Translations under genes and position numbers: made by a program
Shown: one piece after another, positions 1-5,933 of the stretch
Layout of the letters: each line of letters starts with the position of its first letter
Position numbering within the stretch: the stretch's first letter is position 1
Virus record (IMG/VR): IMGVR_UViG_3300022758_000079
From: a virus
Length of the DNA stretch: 6,156 nt
Strand: one strand, 5' to 3'
The notes under the pieces: model-generated
The model's database searches: none
Seen by the model: only the letters and a program-made list of their open reading frames with translations
Told to the model about the DNA's origin: nothing

Positions 1-127
1 AAACAAGGAAGCAATAGTGGCATTCTTAGTAGATATACACACAAGGAAATATCTCGTATTCAAAGAGGCAGTTGAAAAAATCACATGGGAAGAGATAGAC
101 AATCTGGTAAACGAAAAAATCAAAGAA
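1..127. repeat. Terminal redundancy. Positions 1..127 are an exact copy of 6030..6156, the hallmark of a circular genome (unit length 6029 nt) that has been linearised with overlap.
   Basis: I compared the first 127 nt and the last 127 nt base by base and found them identical. The repeat runs to the window edges, so it may extend further than 127 nt. Confidence 0.95.
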
Positions 128-169
128 GTAGAATTCAACAATGGTGTGCAATTAAAATTACAATTATGA
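2..169 (+). CDS. C-terminal part of a 99-aa hypothetical protein whose ORF spans the circular junction. It is the same ORF as 5899..6156, seen again here because of the terminal redundancy. The stop is TGA at 167-169.
   Basis: The reading frame is open from the window start to TGA 167-169, and it continues in frame the ORF that begins at 5899 (offset 6029 nt). Residues 2..127 duplicate 6031..6156. Confidence 0.45.
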   Translation, partial: NKEAIVAFLVDIHTRKYLVFKEAVEKITWEEIDNLVNEKIKEVEFNNGVQLKLQL

Positions 170-363
170 AAAAATCAACTTGGAAAGAAATCATTAGAAT
201 TATAGTGACAGTACTAACAGCATTATTAACAGCATTAGGAGCACAATCATGCACAGCAACAATGAGTGTGTTCTGGAAAAATACAAACAGTAAACAGAAA
301 AGTGAACAAAGCGCTACCAATAAGGTAGACTCAATAAACACTAATATTAACTTAAAACGGTAA
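85..363 (+). CDS. Small membrane protein, 92 aa if it starts at ATG 85. The alternative start ATG 166 overlaps the upstream TGA stop as ATGA and gives 65 aa. It has a basic N-terminus, one predicted TM helix (KEIIRIIVTVLTALLTALGA) and a polar C-terminus.
   Basis: This is the 85..363 ORF from the six-frame track. An in-frame ATG at 166 overlaps TGA 167-169 of the junction-spanning ORF, which would allow translational coupling. There is an uninterrupted hydrophobic stretch of about 19 aa. No convincing Shine-Dalgarno sequence precedes either start. Confidence 0.5.
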   Translation: MGRDRQSGKRKNQRSRIQQWCAIKITIMKKSTWKEIIRIIVTVLTALLTALGAQSCTATMSVFWKNTNSKQKSEQSATNKVDSINTNINLKR

Positions 364-368
364 AAAAA

Positions 369-611
369 ATGGAAGAAAATTTTAGCTTTAACAAAGACGC
401 TTTCCAAATCAGAGCGGTAAAAAACGGTGAAGAAGAAGATCAATACATGGTTACCTTAGGTAATCAATTGGCATCACCGAGACGGTTCAACAGCTACGAA
501 GAAGCCCAACAGGCAATCGATGATCGAGATTGGGACATGATAGCATGCTTAGCGGTATCACTATCAGAACACTTAATTCAACAATATCTTAAAAAAGAGG
601 AGGATAAATAA
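369..611 (+). CDS. Hypothetical acidic 80-aa protein immediately upstream of VP1 and coupled to it. Its stop TAA 609-611 overlaps the VP1 ATG 611 as TAATG.
   Basis: The ORF is on the + strand and lies between two + strand genes in a compact genome. The translation reads like a real protein rather than low-complexity sequence. I recognise no family from sequence alone. Confidence 0.5.
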   Translation: MEENFSFNKDAFQIRAVKNGEEEDQYMVTLGNQLASPRRFNSYEEAQQAIDDRDWDMIACLAVSLSEHLIQQYLKKEEDK

Positions 612-2605
612 TGTTAACAAGAGCAATTGGTAAAAATACATTGGGCGACAACAACAAAATGAAAGTTCACTTAAGGACTTATAATCGCTCAACTCATAAC
701 CTCAGTTACATCTGGAGAAACACTCAAGCAGTAGGAACACTTGTACCATTTATGTCATTACCTATGACCAAAGATGATACATTCGAAATACATTTACAAA
801 GCAATGTATTGACACATCCGACAATCGGACCATTGTTTGGTAGTTTTAAATTGCAAAACGATGTCTTTTTCTGTCCAATACGTTTATATAATAGCTGGCT
901 TCACAACAACAAGACAAAAATAGGTCTTAAGATGTCAGCAATTAAATTGCCACAATGGGTATTCGAAGTAAATCCAGGAAGAACAAATGAACCAGGTGAT
1001 TCATTTAACATGACACATCCGTCAAGCCTATGGAATTACTTAGGACTAAGAGGAACAGGTCAAATAACAGGCACAGTCGCCATAAAAGAAAGAGATTTCA
1101 ACGCAGTTCCTGCATTAGGATATTACGATATATTCAAAAACTACTATGCCAACAAACAAGAAGATAATTTCTACTTTATGGATTATTACAACAGAGCAAT
1201 CAAACTAACAATATATACAGGGACATCAAGTGGAGGAACAACAGTAGAAACATCGAAAAATCCAAACAGAACTAACGGCATGGTGTTACTCGAAAGTAAC
1301 AGGATCGAAATACAACTCAATCCTGAATTCATAATGGATCAAACTGAGTTCGAAGCAAACACGACGATCACCATAAAAGAAAAAACATCAACTCCCGGTC
1401 TGACACAATACAGTATCAACAAATATCCTATCACACAGATCCTGCAATTCGTGTCATATACGCCTGCTACCAATTCATACACGTATATAATTAAATCATC
1501 GATAAAACAAACTCAAATAATTATCTACCAAATACAAACATTAAAAGGAAAACTTCAAGCGCAAGCACTAAGCGACATCGATGAAATAAGAGAACTGATC
1601 TTAGGAACACAAGGTAATACACCTTTCAGAATCGCAGCAAACAACACAACTGTGAAGATGTTAGATTATCTATGCAAACCAGGAGGAGCATCAACAAACC
1701 AAAGCGACGCCTTTTACTATACTCCAGAATGGGGATTAGTGGTAAAAACATATCAATCCGATATATGTCAAAACTGGATTAACACCGAATGGATTGACGG
1801 AGACGATGGAATTAACAAAATCACAGCCGTAGCAGTAGAAGACGGAAAATTTACAATCGACGCATTGAACCTTGCAAACAAAGTATATAATTACCTTAAC
1901 CGTATCGCAGTATCTGACGGATCATATCGTGCATGGTTGGAAACAACATACACAGGAGGATATACTGAAAGAACGGAAACACCAATCTATTGCGGAGGAC
2001 AATCAGCAGAAATTGTATTCCAAGAAGTGGTATCAACAGCAGCAGCAACAGACGAACCGTTAGGAACACTTGCAGGTAGAGGCATGGATGCCAATAAAAA
2101 AGGCGGAAAAGTAATCGTAAGAGCAACAGAGCCAGGATATCTTATCGGAATTAGCAGTATTACACCAAGACTTGATTATACACAAGGAAATCAGTTCGAC
2201 GTAAACCTAAAAACAATCGACGACCTTCACAAACCAGCATTAGACGGCATAGGATTCCAGGATCTAAGCGCAGAATTACTACACGCTAATACAACAACAA
2301 TCGACGGAGCGTCGGATATCATAATACAAAAGTTCATAGGAAAACAACCTGCATGGATTGATTATATGACAAATATTAACAAAGCGTTCGGAAACTTCGT
2401 TACAAACGAAAACTTTATGATATTATCAAGACAATACAAATTAGAAAAATCGTCAATTAAAGATATGACAACTTATATCGATCCAACCTTATACAACGGA
2501 ATCTTTGCAGATCAATCGTTTGATGCTCAGAACTTTTGGGTACAAATCGGAGTGAATATCAAAGCAAGACGTTTAATGAGTGCTAAAATTATACCTAACT
2601 TATAA
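611..2605 (+). CDS. VP1: Major capsid protein VP1 (F-like jelly-roll capsid protein) of Microviridae, 664 aa.
   Basis: It is the largest ORF of a ~6 kb circular genome that also encodes a glycine-rich VP2 and an HUH Rep. A strong RBS, GAGGAGG, sits 6-7 nt upstream of the ATG. Its size is typical of gokusho- and alpavirus VP1 (550-780 aa). The assignment rests on size and genomic context, not on a homology search. Confidence 0.85.
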   Translation: MLTRAIGKNTLGDNNKMKVHLRTYNRSTHNLSYIWRNTQAVGTLVPFMSLPMTKDDTFEIHLQSNVLTHPTIGPLFGSFKLQNDVFFCPIRLYNSWLHNNKTKIGLKMSAIKLPQWVFEVNPGRTNEPGDSFNMTHPSSLWNYLGLRGTGQITGTVAIKERDFNAVPALGYYDIFKNYYANKQEDNFYFMDYYNRAIKLTIYTGTSSGGTTVETSKNPNRTNGMVLLESNRIEIQLNPEFIMDQTEFEANTTITIKEKTSTPGLTQYSINKYPITQILQFVSYTPATNSYTYIIKSSIKQTQIIIYQIQTLKGKLQAQALSDIDEIRELILGTQGNTPFRIAANNTTVKMLDYLCKPGGASTNQSDAFYYTPEWGLVVKTYQSDICQNWINTEWIDGDDGINKITAVAVEDGKFTIDALNLANKVYNYLNRIAVSDGSYRAWLETTYTGGYTERTETPIYCGGQSAEIVFQEVVSTAAATDEPLGTLAGRGMDANKKGGKVIVRATEPGYLIGISSITPRLDYTQGNQFDVNLKTIDDLHKPALDGIGFQDLSAELLHANTTTIDGASDIIIQKFIGKQPAWIDYMTNINKAFGNFVTNENFMILSRQYKLEKSSIKDMTTYIDPTLYNGIFADQSFDAQNFWVQIGVNIKARRLMSAKIIPNL

Positions 2606-2607
2606 TC

Positions 2608-2621
2608 GTTTCACGTGAAAC
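2608..2621. promoter_or_regulatory. Perfect 14-bp palindrome GTTTCAC|GTGAAAC with a CACGTG core, located between the VP1 stop and the next RBS.
   Basis: I read it directly: the reverse complement of GTTTCAC is GTGAAAC, and the two halves are adjacent. It could form a 7-bp hairpin or cruciform, or act as a dimeric protein-binding site. Confidence 0.4.
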
Positions 2622-2637
2622 AGAAAGGAGAAAAATA

Positions 2638-2994
2638 ATGAAATATCCCAGTAAAAAAATTGAACGAAACTTCAGCGGGTATGAAGAATTCGAATATATC
2701 GAAGGTGAAAGAATCGAAGACAAGGTAGCAAGGCTTTTTGAAGAGAACCAACCGATTAACGATGGAGCGCCTTTAATTTACACAGAGAGAAAAGATGGAG
2801 TATTACCAGCGTATGATATCAGAACAGATAGATTCGCAATAGCGCAAGAAGCGATGGAGAAAAACATGAATGCCGTAAATGCCAAAAGAAAAATGGAATA
2901 TGATATCATGGTTAACGGTGAAAAGAAAGATGCTGAATCTGGAAACAGAGAGGTAAATCCAGACATGGCGGGAGCAACGGAGGCATCCGCGTAG
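2638..2994 (+). CDS. Hypothetical acidic 118-aa protein between VP1 and VP2. It may be an internal scaffolding (VP3-like) protein.
   Basis: A strong RBS, AAAGGAG, sits 8 nt upstream of the ATG. The ORF is on the + strand, acidic and non-repetitive. The scaffold assignment is inference from position and composition only. Confidence 0.55.
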   Translation: MKYPSKKIERNFSGYEEFEYIEGERIEDKVARLFEENQPINDGAPLIYTERKDGVLPAYDIRTDRFAIAQEAMEKNMNAVNAKRKMEYDIMVNGEKKDAESGNREVNPDMAGATEASA

Positions 2995-3010
2995 GTCACA
3001 TGACAAAAGC

Positions 3011-3038
3011 TCGGGGTGGTAAAACATCCCGACTTTTT
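3011..3038 (+). terminator. Candidate rho-independent terminator: an 8-bp stem (TCGGGGTG / CATCCCGA, including one G·U pair), a GTAAAA loop, then CTTTTT.
   Basis: I paired the stem by hand. It lies 17 nt downstream of the ORF118 stop and is followed by a T-tract. Confidence 0.5.
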
Positions 3039-3071
3039 CGACGTGGTACGCATGTAACATATATTATGAAC

Positions 3072-3077
3072 TATAAT
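3072..3077 (+). promoter_or_regulatory. Consensus -10 hexamer TATAAT about 40 nt upstream of the VP2 ATG, with no convincing -35 element.
   Basis: The exact TATAAT hexamer sits in the intergenic region after the terminator. TTCGAC at 3037-3042 lies too far away to serve as its -35. Confidence 0.25.
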
Positions 3078-3117
3078 GTAAGACGCTTTAATAAAAGCGC
3101 GTAAAAAAATAACAACA

Positions 3118-4257
3118 ATGGCAGATTTTCTAAGTTCAGGATGGGGAAACGGATTAGTATCTGGAGCCTTAGGTATGATAGGAGGAGCGATCTCTGATCG
3201 AAGAAACTATCGAAACCAAAAAAAGCTAATGGGATTGCAAAACGAATACAATCTGAACATGTTAGCAAAACAACAAGATTACGCCAAAGAAATGGCAGGA
3301 ATAAATCAAGGATACGCAATGGATATGGCTAATTGGTCACACAATGCGAACAAAGACATGTGGGATTATACCAATTACGAGAACCAAGTAGCACACCTTG
3401 AAGCAGCAGGACTAAATCCAGCTCTATTGTACGGACAAGGAGGCGGAGGAGGAGCAACAGCAGCAGGAGGCAACGCAATTGCAGGAAGCGGACAATCAGC
3501 AGGAGGAGCAAACACAAGTGCACCGCAAGCCATAAAGTCACAAATAATCGAAGGTGCGGGAATGGGAATACAGCTTGGCCTTATGAATGCCCAAAAACGC
3601 AATTTAGAGGCCGATGCAGCCAAAAAAGAAGCTGATGCAGCCAAAACAGCAGGAGTGGATACCGAACTCGCTAAAACAGCAGCAAAGCTCAACGAAGCAA
3701 GAATCGAAAATATCAATATGTCAACCGAAGAGATAGCAGCTAAGGCGAAAATGTGGGGAGATACCTCTACAATGCTATGGCAACAGGCACGAAAATATGC
3801 ATCAGAAGCTGACTACAACGAAAAAACGATGGATACAAGAATCGAAAAAGCAGGGTATGAGACAGTGGGAAGCCTATTAGAAAACTTGGAGACCATCGCA
3901 AGAACTCAATTTACAAAAGCACAAACAGACGCAATAGCAGAGAACATAGCAATAGCATGGTATAATGCAGGAACAAACAGAATGAATGCAACAACAGCAG
4001 CAGACCATGTAGCAAATGAACTCTTCAAAACAATGGGAGAGCTTGACATAAAACAAAAACAATTGCTGAAAGATTGGATATATCAAGGAGTGCATGCAGG
4101 AGTGGCGCTATTAGAAGGCGTAACAGATCTTGTAAAAATAAAAGCACTAATAAAAGCAGCGTCAAAAGGCATAAAAGAAGTGGTGAACAAACGCAGAACA
4201 AACAACGGAAAAGAAGGATGGTCTGAAGAATGGATTAAGGAAGTGTTTAGAGAGTAA
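3118..4257 (+). CDS. VP2: VP2 minor capsid / DNA pilot protein, 379 aa. It has a Gly/Ala-rich tract (GQGGGGGATAAGGNAIAGSGQSAGGAN) and an Ala/Lys/Glu-rich helical region.
   Basis: A glycine-rich low-complexity region is typical of microvirus VP2/H-like pilot proteins. The ORF lies between VP1 and Rep. Its stop TAA overlaps the VP4 ATG as TAATG. There is no Shine-Dalgarno sequence; the leader is A-rich. Confidence 0.75.
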   Translation: MADFLSSGWGNGLVSGALGMIGGAISDRRNYRNQKKLMGLQNEYNLNMLAKQQDYAKEMAGINQGYAMDMANWSHNANKDMWDYTNYENQVAHLEAAGLNPALLYGQGGGGGATAAGGNAIAGSGQSAGGANTSAPQAIKSQIIEGAGMGIQLGLMNAQKRNLEADAAKKEADAAKTAGVDTELAKTAAKLNEARIENINMSTEEIAAKAKMWGDTSTMLWQQARKYASEADYNEKTMDTRIEKAGYETVGSLLENLETIARTQFTKAQTDAIAENIAIAWYNAGTNRMNATTAADHVANELFKTMGELDIKQKQLLKDWIYQGVHAGVALLEGVTDLVKIKALIKAASKGIKEVVNKRRTNNGKEGWSEEWIKEVFRE

Positions 4258-5171
4258 TGTGTTTATATCCAAAACTGATCAAAAACAAGCGGTATTACAA
4301 AACAAAAAAAAACAAAGGTGTAATACCGCCTTGTCCAGACGAAAGATTAAGATACGTAACAGCAGCTTGCGGAAAATGTTTTGAATGCATGAAACAAAAG
4401 GGGAGAGCCTGGCAAGTACGATTATCCGAAGAAATCAGGCAAGATCCAAAAGCAATATTTGTAACATTGACAATAAGCGATGAATCATGGAGAAAAATCA
4501 AAAACGCATACATACAATTATCAGACGAAGATTGTATAAAAAAGATGGTAAGATTATTCTTAGAACGAGTGCGAAAAAAAACAAAGAAATCACTAAAGCA
4601 CTGGCTTACAACGGAAAGAGGTGGAACAAATACGGAACGATACCACCTGCATGGACTTATCTGGGGAGAGAATGCAGAAACGTTGACAGGATCTTTATGG
4701 CAGTATGGTTTCGTATTTATAGGCACATTTGTAAACGAATGTACTGTAAATTACATCACAAAATATATCACAAAAACGGACGAAAAGCACAAGGACTTTA
4801 TACCAACTATCCTTTGTAGCGCAGGAATAGGGGCAGGTTACCTTAATCGAGCGGATTCGGAATTGAACCGATACCGTGAATCTAAAACAAATGAAACTTA
4901 TCGATTAAGGAACGGTGTGAAATTGAACCTACCTATATATTACAGAAATAAATTATACACCGATGAAGAAAGAGAGCAACTATTCCTCGAAAAAATCAAA
5001 AAAGGAAAGGTCTGGATAATGGGGCAGGAATGTGACATTCGCGATGAAGCTACGTACTTCGCAATGCTGCGTGACGCGCAAAAAAGGGCTCGGCAACTAC
5101 ACGGAGATGATCCGATAAAATGGGACGAAGCGAAGTATCTTAGAAGGCTCGCTCGGCAACGTTCTCGATAA
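4257..5171 (+). CDS. VP4: VP4 replication initiation protein (HUH rolling-circle endonuclease, gene A-like), 304 aa.
   Basis: Motif 1 FVTLT lies at about nt 4458-4472. Motif 2, the HUH motif HLHGL, lies at about nt 4644-4658. Motif 3, with the dual catalytic tyrosines YITKYITK, lies at about nt 4752-4775. There is an N-terminal CPDE...CGKCFEC zinc-finger-like cluster. This matches the known microvirus/φX174 A-protein superfamily architecture. Confidence 0.9.
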   Translation: MCLYPKLIKNKRYYKTKKNKGVIPPCPDERLRYVTAACGKCFECMKQKGRAWQVRLSEEIRQDPKAIFVTLTISDESWRKIKNAYIQLSDEDCIKKMVRLFLERVRKKTKKSLKHWLTTERGGTNTERYHLHGLIWGENAETLTGSLWQYGFVFIGTFVNECTVNYITKYITKTDEKHKDFIPTILCSAGIGAGYLNRADSELNRYRESKTNETYRLRNGVKLNLPIYYRNKLYTDEEREQLFLEKIKKGKVWIMGQECDIRDEATYFAMLRDAQKRARQLHGDDPIKWDEAKYLRRLARQRSR

Positions 5172-5184
5172 GAGGGCGTCCGGG

Positions 5185-5247
5185 CGGGCTTTCCGTTTCA
5201 AGTCCTCACTCCTTCGTCGCTCCGGGCTTTCCTCTTCAATCCCTGAC
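5185..5247. repeat. Two imperfect 25-bp direct repeats: CGGGCTTTCCGTTTCAAGTCCTCAC at 5185-5209 and CGGGCTTTCCTCTTCAATCCCTGAC at 5223-5247. They match at 20 of 25 positions and are spaced 38 bp apart.
   Basis: I aligned them by hand. They have an iteron-like arrangement immediately downstream of the Rep gene. Confidence 0.6.
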
Positions 5248-5294
5248 GCGCTGCGCTATGAGCCTCCGGCGGGTCGGTCTCGCCCGACAGGCGA

Positions 5295-5312
5295 CGAGCG
5301 TGCCGACGCTCG
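5295..5312. other. Perfect hairpin: a 7-bp stem CGAGCGT/ACGCTCG with a 4-nt GCCG loop.
   Basis: The reverse complement of CGAGCGT is ACGCTCG, which I checked. The hairpin lies inside the GC-rich island. Confidence 0.55.
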
Positions 5313-5500
5313 ACCCGGGAAAGTAACATTATCGGCTACCGCCTGATTTTTAACATAGTTAATGGTTTAGGTTAAACTGACCGGGAGCACCCCCCTAAAG
5401 GGGACCCCCCCGAGATTGGACCGTCAAAAGGATATGAAGGGGCGTGGAATAGGAGTGCCTATCGAGATGTTAAAGTAATATAAAAATGTGGTAAACCGGT

Positions 5501-5529
5501 TTGCATATATGAAAAAGAATGCCGATATT
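5501..5529 (+). promoter_or_regulatory. Candidate sigma70-like promoter for the small-ORF cluster: -35 TTGCAT at 5501-5506, a 17-nt spacer, and -10 GATATT at 5524-5529.
   Basis: This is a pattern match in the AT-rich leader upstream of the strong RBS at 5564-5569. The -10 matches the consensus at 4 of 6 positions. Confidence 0.3.
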
Positions 5530-5574
5530 TGCAATAAAATCAAAAAAATAAACAAACTAAAAACGGAGGTAAAA

Positions 5575-5739
5575 ATGAGAAAACTGCATTTATATGATAT
5601 AAAACTTAGAGACGCAATGTCCAATGAAGAACGAACAATAACAATAGAGGCAACCAGCATGATAATTGCAATAATAAAAACAGAGGATTTAAAAAACACT
5701 TACGAATACACATTAGAAATTAAAATGGTAAAATTATGA
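5575..5739 (+). CDS. Hypothetical small protein, 55 aa from ATG 5575. The ORF is open in frame back to ATG 5488, which would give 83 aa.
   Basis: A strong RBS, GGAGGT, sits 5 nt upstream of ATG 5575. The upstream ATG 5488 has no RBS. The stop TGA 5737-5739 overlaps the next gene's ATG 5736 as ATGA. Confidence 0.5.
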   Translation: MRKLHLYDIKLRDAMSNEERTITIEATSMIIAIIKTEDLKNTYEYTLEIKMVKL

Positions 5740-5933
5740 AAAAGATTTGGAAATGGAAACTGACAATTACATTTGTCACAGGAATGAGTTTAGAAACAGA
5801 AGTAAAAGCAGAAAGTATTAAAAAGGCAATCGCATCAATAGAATACACTGCAAAAAAAATGAACGGTGAGATAACCAGTGTCCAGAAAGGAGAAGAATAT
5901 GAGGACAAAAATCAAGGATGTCAAAGTGATTGA
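5736..5933 (+). CDS. Hypothetical small protein, 65 aa, with a mildly hydrophobic N-terminus and an acidic C-terminus. It is translationally coupled to the upstream ORF by an ATGA overlap.
   Basis: The ORF is on the + strand and has the ATGA overlap. I recognise no family for it. Confidence 0.45.
   Translation: MKKIWKWKLTITFVTGMSLETEVKAESIKKAIASIEYTAKKMNGEITSVQKGEEYEDKNQGCQSD

Larger units (their letters stand above)
5172..5460. other. GC-rich noncoding island of about 65-70% GC, against a genome background of roughly 35-38%. All six frames are closed. It contains direct repeats and hairpins.
   Basis: The six-frame track shows no ORF between 5172 and 5424. The compositional shift is visible by eye. 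An AT-rich segment at 5321-5378 is embedded within it. Confidence 0.7.

Noticed and set aside
135-443. 102-aa minus-strand ORF; likewise the other minus-strand ORFs in the track: 1896-2126, 2778-3053, 2803-3060, 3071-3319, 3329-3541, 3375-3716, 3877-4095, 4295-4726, 5424-5699 and 5720-5908
   Set aside because: They are all antisense to confident + strand genes in a single-stranded-DNA phage genome. Their translations are low-complexity runs of Leu/Phe/Ile/Cys or poly-Pro, as expected from reverse-complementing A-rich coding sequence. None has a ribosome-binding site. Microviruses encode all genes on one strand.
1872-2063. 63-aa + strand ORF with a poly-Gln tail, inside VP1 in an alternative frame
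   Set aside because: It is short and ends in a QQQQQQ run produced by the CAG/CAA-rich VP1 codons read out of frame. It has no RBS. It is most likely a chance frame.
3375-3716. Proline/alanine-rich minus-strand 113-aa ORF opposite the VP2 glycine-rich tract
   Set aside because: It is the reverse complement of the GGN/GCN-rich VP2 region, which mechanically yields a Pro/Ala-rich antisense frame. It is not independent evidence of a gene.
5172-5460. Possibility that the GC-rich island is a tRNA, CRISPR repeat or small protein-coding gene
   Set aside because: I found no cloverleaf-compatible arrangement of acceptor and anticodon stems. There are no regularly spaced identical repeats, only two imperfect 25-mers. 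All six frames contain stops, as shown by the absence of any track ORF.
5488-5574. N-terminal extension of the 5575-5739 ORF, starting at ATG 5488 (83-aa version)
   Set aside because: There is no RBS upstream of 5488. The extension overlaps the candidate promoter. The strong GGAGGT RBS sits inside it, 5 nt before ATG 5575. The shorter form is more plausible, though the longer one cannot be excluded.
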